Assembly (NCBI GenBank): GCA_028534125.1
Contig: CM052817.1
Location: 62,808,001 to 62,872,000 of the forward strand
DNA from: Lama glama
Lineage: Eukaryota
Direction: 5' to 3'
DNA length: 64,000 nt
In this document: positions 1 to 12,889 of the stretch, in pieces
Layout: each line of letters opens with the position of its first letter
Position numbering within the stretch: position 1 is the stretch's first letter
Notes under the pieces: model-generated
What the model saw: the letters and a program-made list of their open reading frames with translations, nothing else
The model's database searches: none
What the model was told of the DNA's origin: nothing
Made by a program: the position numbers and the translations under genes

Positions 1-1544
1 AACGATTACTTAAATAAGCCCTGCGTTTTACTGAAACAAATAGTGGGATATATATAGTATTCATATCTCAATGGCAAATCTAAAAAGAATAGCATTTGAA
101 TATTTTGAGTTCAAAGTGTCTGTGATTTGTGTTTAGATCATAATGTAATAATTATTTTTACTTGAGGGATATATTATATAAAATGAAATTAGTTACTTCT
201 GCCCAGTTTTCCCCAGGTATAAATGTAAGTGAGTGCACACACTTCTTTTTAACAAATTGAAAACTATCCCTGTATCAACACTGTCCACCTTTGACTTTGC
301 ACACAGGTCTAATGTATTCGATTCAAATAATTTGAAAAATATTCTATCTGGCTTATAAATACTGGATGTGACCACAAATGGCATTCTCTCAATATTTTGT
401 ATAAGTTTAAATTCCCAATAAGTAATTTACAATGCTTATATTTTTATTTTGGAAAATTACCAAGAATATTATAAAGAATGAAATGTTATAAAGTTTGAGA
501 TTCATAAGGATAGAAAAACTTAAAAAGCTATGCTTCTAACTTGACATTCATGCAGAAAGATGAGTGATTTTACTTTCAGGGAAGATAGTACTTCCATAGG
601 TACTTTTTTAATGCATAGCTGCTTTTTTTTAATTGTGCTGCAAATGCCTTTTGCCAGTTGGTGACTGTGTTTTGGAGGAAAGGTGGAGCATGACTTGGAC
701 AACAAGCAGCAAGTAAAAGCCTCCTAGAGTGAATGATTCATTTTGGGGTCTTCCTGGGCTGCTCAATTGCTTAAAAAGCCTAATAGGAGAAATAAGCATG
801 AAGTCATAGGAGAACAATTCTTATCCTTTTCCCCTCGTGCAGGGAAGTCAATCCACTGCTTCTGCACATTACAGCTCGCAGCTGGGGAAGATGGTTGAGA
901 GAGAGGCTCCAACAAAAAGGAACTCATTTGATCTATGGGGTAGGGATGGTCACTTTGGAATGAAGAAAGAAACGAGTTTCTCCTAGATACTCTTTCGGGG
1001 AACTGCCTGGGATGCTCTGCACCATCAGCAGCTTTAAGTGTGATGCTTTTTCTCTGGTCTGATGGGGAAAGGAATGAAATTTTTAACTTTGACGGACTTG
1101 ACTCTCCTTCTCCCAAAGCTCACAGCTTGTTTTTTTAAGGTTGTCAAGTGCAATAAGCTCTCTCTCACATGCAGGGTCTAAACTTACAGAAACATACACT
1201 CACATATTCACAATAAAAGATTAACTACATTCTTCAGAAATGTCACAGTCATTAAATTTTGCTTTTTGTTATAAGAGGAGGTTGCTCTGTAGGCAAGGTC
1301 AAAGCAAGGTGTGGAAATGAGAGGTGCTGAATGGAAAATCAGAGGGTTGTGGACCATTTCTTCCCCAGAGTTTCCCCTGAGAATGTGAACAAACGAAATG
1401 TAGAGATGTTAGAAACCCACTAACTGTAAACTATTTGTAAAAATCACCTCAACTTCTGGTAGTGTTAATAATTTCCTTACATTTAGAAATTTAGATTGAG
1501 TGAAACAGTTTTGCTATAATAGAGCAATAAATGGTATTTATTGT

Positions 1545-1745
1545 AAAAGTCTATAAATTACAGCTATTTCCTTAGGATAGATTCCAAATTGTGGAATAAC
1601 TGGTTCAAAGGGCTTGACTTGTTTATGTCACTTGATGTTTATGTGTTGCCAAATACTTTCCAAAAATATTATGATATTATGCATGCATACAAGCAAGCTG
1701 TGGACATTCGACTTACAGCATTCTTATCACAGTAGTTATTTTGAA
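1545..1745 (-). mobile_element. Ancient L1 fragment (L1ME-like)
   Basis: tttccttaggatagattcc...ggaataactggttcaaaggg...ttgccaaatactttccaaaa resembles the antisense L1 ORF2-end/3' region; highly diverged. Confidence 0.5.
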
Positions 1746-2327
1746 GTAAAAACATTTCTGTTAACTTGGTAAGGAAAATTAGCAAATACTTCTCCATTTT
1801 TCACACACACAGAAATCCTTGAATGATTCTAAAGAAATGTGTAGCATTTTATTTCATAGTTGTAAAGCAAAAGAAACCCAAAAAACAATAAAAGCAAAAA
1901 ACCCCCCAATGTTTGCCTTCCTAAATAAAATATGGTCTAAGTTTACTTAAAGAATTCTGATAGAGTGTAGCTATTCATACTTGGTTTCTTTAGCTTCCTA
2001 TTTCCAGTCTTTTCTGTTTAAACTAGTGTACCCTTTAACAGAAAAAAAAAAGCTACATCTCTTGCAGAAGCAATTAAGTAATTCTTTAATAGATTTCTTA
2101 TACTCAACTGTATAGACAATGTAAAAATGTAACTTTGGCTAATTTATCCTGATATTTCTCTGTGGACATGTTTCATTTTTTAAATTTTGTTTTGTTGTTT
2201 TTATAAACTAGCCCCAAACCCTCTCATCATATGATTTTTCCTGGATAAAAATGCTTACCCTGTCTCTAAAATATGAAGTGAACCTTCTACTCCTAGAGGC
2301 TAGATTAAACCTTTTTCATTACTAGGT

Positions 2328-2860
2328 ATGTTAGTTTCTATGCTGCTTAACACATTACCAAAATTTTAATGCTTAAAACAACGTATCTTCATTATCTCTC
2401 AGTTCCAGTTCAGGAGTTCAGGTCCTCTGCTCAGGGTCTCACAAAGTGGCAATCTACTTGTTGGCTTGGCTGCTTTCTTTCTGGAACTTGGGATCCTTTT
2501 CCAGACTCACATGGTTGCTGACAGAATTCAGTTCCTTGCTGTTATATTGACTGATGCCCCCACTTTCTCGCTGACTGTCAGCCAGTGGCCCTCTTCCCCT
2601 TCGATCCCTGCAATGTGCCTGCTCCCAGGCTGTTCACAACATAGCCAGTTACATTTTCGAAGCCAACAGGAGAAGCTTTTACACCACTTTGCTCAAATGG
2701 AATCTTGTATAACCTACTTAAAGAGGTGATTATTTCACCAATTTGTCATATTCTATTGGCAGGAAGCCAAGTCCCAGGTTCTATCACACTCAAAGGGAAA
2801 AAGATTTTTAAAAGGCATGCATGCTTCAGTGAGGGTCATTTTAGCATTCTGCCTCTTGCA
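2328..2860 (-). mobile_element. MaLR solo LTR (MLT1F/G/H-like)
   Basis: tgttagtttctatgctgc...cattaccaaaattt...cttaaaacaac; ctctgctcagggtctcacaa; cagaattcagttccttgc; ends cattttagcattctgcctcttgca (reverse of the MLT1 5' end). Confidence 0.8.
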
Positions 2861-4599
2861 CTAGACACTAATACGACTGCATTTAACTGCCCTGGAGTCT
2901 ATTGAGTCAACTATTGGATTCCTGAGTCTTGAGCTGATCCCCCTATCACCCTACTAAACTATCTTACCAAGACTGGAGATCTGGTCAGTATATACAGGCT
3001 GTTTCTCTGAATATTTGCCATTAGTTGATTTTATTTATCACAATCTACTCTTAATAATAATAACAATGCCTCAATTATATGGAGTGTTTTCTAATTTAGA
3101 AAGCATTTTTTTATGGAATTTGTTTTTACTTTATCCAAGACTTCAGTAAATTTTGAGTGGTGTCAGTTCATAAATAAAGGTACTTTTGCCAAGCCAAGCA
3201 GTACATAATTGGCCCAATTTAGTGTGGCGATGATTGAAGCTGTGTGATTTTCACCTAATAATTTTTTGACTATTCCCAATTTGGAATGATCAGATAGTGG
3301 CTCCCTGGATTCTTTTGTTGACTCGGGTCATCAGGTCAGTTATCTCTCATTGTGATTCCTTTTGTCAAGTGCAAAAGGCAAGATAAAGGTAGTCCTTGGA
3401 CATACTAGAACTCTGAAAATGTATACCCATGCAACTGATAAAAAAAGGAGATTTGAAAAAGAAATAAAATAAAGATGATGAAACGATTTACAAGATAAAA
3501 AAACAGCAGCTGAGTATAAGCCAAAAGTCAAGAAGTAAAAGTTAGTTAAATAGGCAAGAAAACTATGCTAGGAGCAAATGTCAGCAAGAAAAGAAAGAGA
3601 AGGAAAAAAAAGTTTTACTTAAATTTAGATAAAAAATTGCAGACTTCATTTCAAGTTTATATCAATGTGAAGTTTGCTGTCTGTGAATTATAAGTACTGA
3701 AACCCACATTTTTAAAATTGTAAATTATGTGAAGAAATGTTCTCTTCCTTGCTGCAAGGTCTGAGGCTACTGTGAGCTCACATCTTCCCTTTACCACTCC
3801 ATTTGTAATAACCTTCCTGAAAAAAGAACTGTCTCCTTACAAAGGCCGAATTATACTACTTTATACTGAAATATAGAATTTAGACTGAATTATATTCTCT
3901 TTAGTATCAAGAAAAACATTTTAAGTTAAGTGAACACAGAATTACAAACACTCATGCTAACACACATGTAATGATTATTGTCATGAAAAATGCACAATTT
4001 ACATTATTCTTTACATGGAAAATATAAGCCTATTCATAGGAAAAGAGATGAGAAAGTGGAGGCAAGCAAAATTTAATAGAGCTAGCTTAATAAATTATAA
4101 TCATTAAACACAACTGGATATTCATTTTTGTACTTACTCATTAAAGTCGTCATTGGAATAAAGAAAACTACAGACTTAGCTCTCGTACTTGGCATCAAAC
4201 GGGAACCCAAAATTAAATGTTCCACCCTATAATAACATCCATTTTAGAATTTCACAAGGACAGAATTTCCTCTATTAAATAACTGATAATTGAAATAAGA
4301 AATTGCTAAAGACACTAAACCTTATAACCTTAAATCCAAGACATCATAAATAAATATCATCCAAGATTCTATTTCATAATAGCTGATAGATTTAACAAAT
4401 AGATCATGTTATGTTCTCTTTTGTTGTGATAGGCAGATATCAATCCCTGCGATAAAGACAGAATGGCTGGTGTCCTTATCTTGCAGCTAATAACAATTTT
4501 CCAAATTTTTTTTCAATATTTGAATAGTCCACTCACTTGAGAAACTCTTACCAAGCCATCTCCAAGGACTAGAAGTTACTAGAGCTATTTGCTATTAGA

Positions 4600-4790
4600 A
4601 AAGTCTAAAAGACAAGCTTAAGAGGGGACAGCTGAGCCTCCCTCCTTTTAAAAATTTTTCCAAAAACTCACCTAGTTGGCATTTACATTCTTTTCATTGT
4701 CCAGAAGTGTGTCACATTGTGCCCCCATCTGAAAGGAAGGCTGTAAGAGCAAATATTTTAACAGGGCAAGCTGGCAACCCCCTCTCTAAA
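4600..4790 (-). mobile_element. Old ERVL LTR fragment (LTR33-like)
   Basis: Reverse strand reads cagccttcctttcagatggggg...tgtgacacacttctggacaatga, similar to the LTR33/LTR16-group core. Confidence 0.4.
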
Positions 4791-5479
4791 AAAATGGGCT
4801 CTATCTATAAGGTAAAAGAGAAAAATGAATATTGGATGAGTGACTAACAGTGTCTGCCTCTCCTATAGATGTGCACATATGTTTCATAGGACTATATGAC
4901 TAGAGATGAATGGGTGAAGAAATACAGCAGTCTGCTAAGACTGAGCACACCACAGGGGTGGGAATGGAGGTTAGAAGAGATTATTAACTTTTTACACCAT
5001 TTGTGTATTATTTCACTTATTACAATAAAAGCACATGTTCCTTTTATTTCAACAAAATGAATATAAATAAATTTTTTAAATGGATGAAAACATATCACAA
5101 AAGAAACACTGAAAACAACGAAGAGTTTACTTTAAGTTGCATTAAACTCTATAGTGGAATGGATCTATTTAATTTAATATTCTATTTAAAATGTTATACT
5201 TATCATAATCATCAGAAGGCTAAAAACAGATGCTGTAAACAGTGGCAGTTTCTTGGGGAATGGATAAGGAGTAGAAAGAAAAAATGAGTAAGATTAATTT
5301 CACTTTATATGCTTTCAATTTTTAAAACCACATATATAATCATTTACTATACACATAGTAAAGACTTAAATTGATGACATTCAAAAAGTGGGTATGGTGA
5401 AAGTAACAGAGGACGAATAAGGGCTCCTAAAAGGTTAGCAACGTTTGGAGATGGTGGGAATCTCACACTGGCAGTCTTG

Positions 5480-5730
5480 GACTTGGAAATGTAGTTGGTG
5501 ACTCATTATGGAGGAATGTGGAGTGACACAGGTACAAGAGTTTTAACTGACCTTGTAGTAAGCAGAGATCTATGTTGCAGTTGACATAGGGCTGGAATAA
5601 CGAAAGTCAAATTTTAGGGGAAACAACTGTAGGCAAGGTACAAGAAGAGGAAGCAGACAGTGAGGCGTCCATTTAGTCATACTCAAGTAGAGCTTAATGG
5701 CTCTGTGTTTAGGGTGATGCTGCTGTATTT
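5480..5730 (-). mobile_element. L2 fragment
   Basis: Purine-rich antisense-L2-like text (aggcaaggtacaagaagaggaagcagacagtgagg...tagggtgatg). Confidence 0.4.
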
Positions 5731-5816
5731 ATTGACATGTTTTTCTTGAAAGAGATATTGTTAACACAGTCAGTACTGGGAACAAATATTCAGAAGACTA
5801 AACAATTTTGGCTTCT

Positions 5817-6330
5817 TGTTGGAATAGGGAAGAGTAAATCTGACTCCATATTAGATCTGTTTCTTTAGCTCTAACCCTGAGGCCTGTTGCCTGTGCTGGT
5901 CATACTGGTCCTGCCCCTTTTGTAAAAGAATGTTGCCCTGTAGCCTGAACATACAGGAGAGCCTATTCAAGGCCCTGACCTTTAAGTGTGTAACACTTTT
6001 CCATTCACACAGAGGTAAAAATTTGCAAAACAGAGAATAACATTTGTCTTGTTGGGATTTACAGAAACACCGTGACTTGCCCTACTTGGACAGCTGCAAC
6101 AAGGATTCTGACACTGTGAAGTTACCAACAACCAACCACACCCCCTCCCCTTCTAGTATAAAAAGAGCCTGAATTCTGACTTGGGTAAGATGGTTCTCTA
6201 GGGCATTAGTCTCTCATCTTCTCAGTCTGCTGGCTTTCCAAAAAAGTTGTTATTCCTTGGCCCCAACACCCTGTCTCCCAATTTAATGGCCTGTCATGCA
6301 GCGAGCAGAATGAGTTTGGACTCCGTTGCA
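5817..6330 (+). mobile_element. ERV1 solo LTR (MER34-like)
   Basis: TG...CA termini (tgttggaat...ccgttgca); near-match 4-bp TSD ttct/ttat; TATAAAA near 6158; U5 gctggctttcc...ttccttggccccaacacc...gcgagcagaatgagtttggactc typical of the MER34 group. Confidence 0.85.
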
Positions 6331-6419
6331 TTATGAGAACTGCGATTATCTTAGTATGTTTGGGTATAGAGTGTGGGTAAGAAGGCGGCTACGGTCAGGT
6401 AGAATATTCGCCTCTGTGG

Positions 6420-6705
6420 TTACATTAGCAAGACCCTTTAAGTTGAGAAAAAGAGTTTGGATTCGATTCTCTGGGCAAAAGGAAGCCACTGATTCTTTAA
6501 GAGGAGAGTGTCCATTTGCTCTGAAAACACCGAAGGGAAGATTAGGAGGTGGGAAAGACACATTGGTGACTATTTAAGAGTCCCAGAGGAGGATTGTCAG
6601 AACTTGAACCAAACATGTGACAGTGAAACTGGAGACAAGATGATGGATATGATACTTGTGAAGGAAACATAATCAAGAGATTCTTTGTTAACTTAATTGA
6701 AAAAT
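6420..6705 (-). mobile_element. L2 fragment
   Basis: gagtttggattcgattctctgggcaaaaggaagccactga...gaacttgaaccaaacatgtgacagtg...gatggatatga matches antisense L2. Confidence 0.55.
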
Positions 6706-7139
6706 CACTCATGTCATTTGCTTCATCTAGTATATAAAATAGCATGTATTAACAGTAAGTTTTACTTACTTTAAAATAGCCACTTTTTTTTCCTCCAGTT
6801 TTGTAAACTACATTTAGGTGTTGTGAAACAAATGTGTGAAGAAATCTGTGTTACAAGTAATGAACATATGTTTGCATGTTGGATAACACATTCCACTATA
6901 AACGCATTGTACTTAACCATCATTTCACACCATAAAGCCCATCAATATGCTTCTTCAAGGTAAAGTTTTAACTTAAAAATACCTCTACACTTTCTGAATA
7001 ATGTATAATTTATATGAATATATTGTAAGGATATGGATGGGAGTGCATATGTTGATGTTGAATGTTTTATTTGACCTAATGCTTAAATGTTAAGTAGAAT
7101 ACTAGTATCTTAGACTTTTCAAAATACCCCAAGTTATTA

Positions 7140-7520
7140 TGTTAATCAGGAGATACTAGGCGATCTGGTGGTAATAAACAACTACTACCTCAATGGTTTA
7201 AAACAAGCAAACAAATACTTTCGTAAATTTCTCATTCTGGCTATAGTTTTGTCTCAAATTTTCCTTACAAAAGGGCCCAGATAAATCGAGCTTTATCTCT
7301 CTGGGATATGCGTGGTCACCATGGCAAAGGGAAGGGGACGTACTATACATTGTCTCTTAATGGCTTCTGCCTGGAAGTTACACATGCCCCTTGAAGCTAT
7401 ATTTTATTTGTAAAAGCAAATAGTGAGGACAGTTTTAACTTCCAGATAGAAATATATAGTCCTACCACGTGCCCAGAAAAAAAAAAAAACGGAGTTAAAG
7501 TTCAACTGAACTGATACTTA
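7140..7520 (-). mobile_element. Old MaLR LTR (MLT1J/K/L-like)
   Basis: ctcaatggtttaaaacaagc; catggcaaagggaag; gcttctgcctggaagttacacatg; tatagtcctaccacgtgcccagaa. Confidence 0.55.
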
Positions 7521-8209
7521 CCACTGTAATACATTAATTTTTCTTTCAATGAGAAGAGATTTTGAAACACAAAAGAAGAAAAGAAAATCCAGGTGGAACA
7601 GTTTCTATTCAGTACTTAGCATGAACACATTTGGGAGAAGTACACTCAGTAACAGATTTGAATGAACATTAAATGTAATGTCACCTTGGTTTTATAGAAA
7701 TTTTAATTAAGTTAGAAATATTGAAGAGACTAGACCTCTTATCTCATAAGCCTTTAAAAAAATACAGACTTTGGTCCTAGTTGCTAACAAACTCTTACCC
7801 AAGCCATCTACATGTTCTGTATAATGGACAAGCATATACCACATTTTAGTATTTTTTTATTGGTTGCAAAGAGAAATTTTTTTCTTGAAAGATCAAATTT
7901 AAAACAGAATCTGAACAAGAATTTTTGTATAATACAATCTGAGGTGAAGTTTTAGTTACCATGCTTTCATGAATCTCTAAAATTAGAATGTTTGGTGAAA
8001 AACAAAACTTTACATAATACGGAGCAGCATACTAATAAGCATCTGCTTTATTTGGTTAATTCAGGCTGTAAGTAAAGAAAATTACAAAGAAAATAAAAGC
8101 AGACACCACCCTTTCCATTCAGTTAATAAGTGTACCCTTTTCTAAAAGGCTGATGCATTTGTCAGTGTCAAGACTTTCAGAGCCCTCAACTATTAGTAAT
8201 GTAACGATA

Positions 8210-8325
8210 TAATAATAGCAACCATACACTGAGTACTTTCTGGCTGCCAGGTATGATAGGTATTTTACATATACATGTTCTTTAATGTGTGTAGAACATC
8301 CCCTGGGTTAAGTTTCATATTCCAG
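8210..8325 (-). mobile_element. MIR SINE, 3' part (split by an L1)
   Basis: aataatagcaaccatacactgagtactttct..gccaggtatg...ttttacatat is the antisense MIR 3' end. Confidence 0.6.
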
Positions 8326-9432
8326 TTTTTTCATAACAGTTTTTTTGAGATACAATTTACATAACATAAAATTCATTTTTCAAAGTGTGCAATTCAGCAT
8401 TTTTTAGTATTTTGACAGAATTGTGAACCATCACCACCACTATCTAATTTTAGAGTATTATCATCATCCCCAAAAGAAACTCCATAGCCATTAGTAGTCA
8501 CTTCCCATTCCTGCCACAACCCAGCCCCTGGCAACCGTCAATCTCTTGTTTGCCTCTGTGGATTTGCCTATTCTGAATATTTCATATAAACAGAATCATA
8601 CAAAATGTGTTCTTTTGTGTTTGGGCTCTTTCACTTAGCACATTTTCAAGGTTTATCCAAGTTGTAGTGTGTATGAGTACTTTACACCTTTTTATGGCTG
8701 AATAACACTCCATTGTATGAATAGACCACAGTTTGTTTATTCATTCATCAATGATATAGACATTTGGACTGTTTCAAATTTCTGGTTATCATTAATAATG
8801 TTGATATGAACATATGTGTTTAAGTTCTTATGCGAACATATTCCCATCAGTAGGGTATGAGGGTTCCTCTTTCTTCATAACCTTGTTAACAATTATTATC
8901 TTTCTTTTTGATTGTAGCCATCCAGTAGGTGTGAATCAGTATCTCATTGTCATTTGAATCACATTCCACAAATGAACATCCTTTCATATGCATATTGGCC
9001 ATCTATATATTTTTGAAGGAATTCTATTCAAACTTCTTTGGCCATTATTTAAATTGAGTTCTTTGTCTTTTTATTGTTGAATTATAAATGTAGCTTATAT
9101 ATTCTGGATACAAGTTCCTTTATCAAATATATGATATCCCCTATCTATTTCTGGGTTGGAGTTTCACTTTATTGAAGTTTTAGTTACAGCCATATGTAAG
9201 AAATCATTGCCTAATCCAAGGCAAAGACGATTTACCCCCATGTTTCTTCCAAGAGTATCTTATGGATTTAGTATTACACGTAAATCTATGAGCACCTTGA
9301 ATTAATTTTTGTATATAGCGTGAGATGAGGAGTTCAACTTAATTCTTTTGCATATGGATATCCAGTTTTCCTCCCTTCATTTGTTGAAAAGACTATTATT
9401 TTCTTATTTAATTGTCATGGCACCCTTTTTGC
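8326..9432 (-). mobile_element. 5'-truncated L1 (L1MB7/8-like)
   Basis: T-rich tail, then gagatacaatttacataacataaaattc...cccagcccctggcaacc...ggatttgcctattctg, continuing into antisense ORF2 (gcatatggatatccagtt...ttgttgaaaagact). Confidence 0.9.
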
Positions 9433-9437
9433 ACTGC

Positions 9438-9570
9438 ATTCTAATTTTACAGCTGGACCAATGGAGGCCAAAATGATTAAATATAATGTCAAGAATATAT
9501 AATATCATATGTGATAGAGATATCTTTTCAAGCACAAACTGTCTGACTCCAAAGTCTTTTCACTCAACCA
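9438..9570 (-). mobile_element. MIR SINE, remainder after the L1 insertion
   Basis: attttacagctggaccaatggaggcc (MIR core)...tgtctgactccaaagtc. Confidence 0.6.
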
Positions 9571-12500
9571 GAAAGTCCTGGGCTCTGATCCTGAGGCTGG
9601 GGGATGGTGGTAGTACACTTAGTTTTCACAGCATTTAAAAATCTATATATCCACATTTAAGGTCTGTACACTAAGTAAAATCTCAAATACGATAATATAA
9701 GGAATTCATAATAATCTTTGACATTCAATAGGAAACTATAAAAGTATATGTGTTTATATGTATCCATGTATAAATGTGTATATACATATATATATGCATT
9801 TTACAGTATGTATACTAGTACAGATACAGATATGGACATGAAGTAGTTCGTGTGTGTGGGAAAAAAACCATATATAGAGAGTGCTATAGTATACCACAGT
9901 GTTTTAAAGTAATATTTACAAATTTCAGGAAATTGTATTCTATAGAATGAGACATTTGCAGTTTACCATACACATTCCCGACAACTTTACTCCTATTCTC
10001 AGTACTTCCAACGGGGAGACTATGTTGGGAGACATCACATAGACATGCACTTTAATGAAGGATTGTAAATGCTCTAAATAATTTAAGTGCATAAAATAAA
10101 TGAATATATGCTGGTATTTGATAGAACAATAACCAACCTTTTCATCAGAAATAAAACAATATTTACTTGAAAAATGATTGCTTCAAAATATACAGATGTC
10201 ATTCAACTCAAGAACATATTTGTATAAAATTGGGTAATTAACAAGGGTAGATTGTTCATACTTCCTTAAACTCAAATACTGAGAATAAGAAAATTACAAA
10301 TTATAATGCTTTCTGCTAGAAAGTCAAGTTCTTGAGATAAAACACCAAGAAAATGTGTTAAAAATAAAGATAACAATATATTTCTAGTGGAATTTGAAAA
10401 AGTATTTAGATAAAAGCTAAAAAAATAACAGTTGTTGTATTTAGAGTATGAAGTGTAAAATATAGAAGAAAAAGTTACTGAAACAATGTAGTTGATACCA
10501 AAACTTTTTTCTATTATTAAATGCTTCTATTGCCCTTATTTGGAGCATAAACATAATGGTTTTTAGGAAGTTGGTTTATTTTTGATATGGTCCAGTTGAC
10601 TTTCCCATTCCAGATATAAGTTTAAATATTATATTGTTCCTTTCTCTCTCTCTGTCATCTCTATGCTATGTTCAGTTCTCGATTCCTTTTGGACTCTACA
10701 CTTTCAGGTGTAAATTTGTAACAGTATTGCTCCCTCCACATTAAGATTAATATAAATGAAAATGATTTGAAAACTGTTTATAGCCATCCATATGGAATTT
10801 GTATAGCACCGATGACTGTCAGAAAGTATCTGACCCACATATTTTGAAATTACATTTCTCTCCACCATGTTTGTCTGGATCACCACTATTCAATTGCTTT
10901 GAACAGTGACTTACACTGAGTAGGGATTCAACAGCTGAGAGAATCCTGTAAGTACTATTTTTATTGCTAATGTGGAGTTGTTATTACTACTAAGCAAGAA
11001 CCTACAAAAGTTGTGCACGCTTTTGAGTCAGTTACACTATCTTATATTTAAATGTCAGCATATTGACATTTTACATATTACAAGAGAAATGTAGGAAACT
11101 AAGATTTGTATGGGTGTTCTCAGTGCAGTAGCTCTTAATGAACCTAAGTAGAGGATGGGATGATGCAGCAACCCAGTCATAATAAAAGTACTCGCAATTT
11201 GAATGTCTGATTATATTTGTTAAATCATTTGGTGGGAAATTCTGTTGCCATTATTGTTTTCATCATGTTAATTTCAGGTCTATAAATCACCTTAAAACCA
11301 CTCGTTTTTACCCTCTTAGAGATCTGCACAAGCTCCTGAACCAGCAGGTGACTCATTAATTTAAGAGACTCATTAGGCATAATCAATATGCTTTCACCAG
11401 CTCCAGAGTCTTCATATTCAATGTCTCTGGAAGAATCAACATTATCAGTTTCATTTAAACTATATTTACTGGTGGAACTGTATTTTATTGTAAGGTAAAA
11501 GCTGAGTTTACTTTAGTCATTAAAATCCTATTAAAGGTATTATTCTTACCTTGATTTTACAAAATTTTTAAGCAATTTATATTATTCAAATGTTACAAGA
11601 TATAGAATACAACAAATATTAATTTTATAATTTAAATATATTTTCTTATACAAAACCCAATAAACCACCAACAAAAACAATGAATGGTGGAGAATGAAAG
11701 TAAATTATCCTAACTTGTCTAAATATTAAAATGTGTCAAAACAACAAACAAAATTGCTGGAATTTTCAGCAATAATATCAACTAAATACATTAAATGAAA
11801 TAAAATACATACATAAATGCCAACATAGAATGTTAACATAAAAAAGAGGACTCTAAGAAAAATCAAAACAATGTCTCATGTAATACTTTAAATGAACTCA
11901 CACAGCAACAGACCTTAGCTTTATCAAATCTATGCTTTGGAAATATTTAACCGCTGTTAGGGTCTATAGGGTATCAAGAGAAAATTTCAAGATTATTGAG
12001 CTCTTTAAGTTCTCAATTTAAAAATAATGGTAAGAAACAAGCCATATATAATCTACTAAACAGTTACCTAGCGCATAGTCATCTGTAAAGCAATTACCAT
12101 AAATGAAAAATATTCAGGGTGGCTCTAGTGTCAAAGCTGCCTCTCCCTAACAGGCAGGGTGAAAAATTGAACATTCCATAAAGGGATCTTCTGCAATTTT
12201 CAGTTGTGTCACCTTAATTTTTTATACTTTACTGATTTTTGCCTGTTTCATTCTTTACCAAGTTTAGCAGTCACTTTTCTTGTAAAAGAAAATTTATGCA
12301 CATTTCTTCACATAAAATTTGACATTAAATCCTAAGTCCCTGAGTTTGCAATTGCATCCGACATTAAAGAGTTTTCATCAACTGGAGAAAAATAGTAAGA
12401 GAAGAGGTCTTACTTTTTGTGCAGAAGTGCACAAAATGATCCCTTTGTGCAAAAGAAATTGATGCTGTGTATTTATTTTGTAGCGCTGGCAAATAGGGCT

Positions 12501-12889
12501 GGCTACCTTTGAAACCAATGTCAGAGTGCTAAAATCATGTCAGTCTGTGAAGACAGCATAGCTGACAGTCCATGTTTTCATGGTGGTATACCCTGTTCAA
12601 TGTATTTCTGTTCAGGATAGAGAAGCTTTGAAGGCTAAAGACAAAATATGGTCTTCCTAAGTGTACTCAGATTATTTCATATTTACTCTATATTGTCAGT
12701 ATTCTTTCCTGTAATATCAGGAGATGATAGTATTTAGGTTATGTTAGCATCATAGAGTATACTGTAAATTGTCATATCTGTATTATTATGGAATAGTTTA
12801 AATGACATTGGAATTATCACCTTGTTGAGGTTAACTAGAGCTGAACTCTAAAACTACCTGTTTTTTTTTGTAATTTTGAATAGTAGGTC

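Noticed and set aside
763..1116. 117-aa minus-strand ORF as a protein-coding gene
   Set aside because: Non-ATG start, no recognisable domain and no supporting neighbouring exons; kept only as part of a speculative finding.
4542..7809. Near-identical 20-mer aaactcttacc(c)aagccatct at 4542-4561 and 7789-7809, each with a minus-strand GTAAGA donor-like site (duplicated exons?)
   Set aside because: Similarity does not extend beyond 20 nt and the upstream minus-strand sequence has stops; compatible with chance in 64 kb.
10910..10950. Minus-strand AG...GTAAGT mini-exon (31 nt)
   Set aside because: Almost no polypyrimidine tract, not frame-preserving, and no host gene evident.
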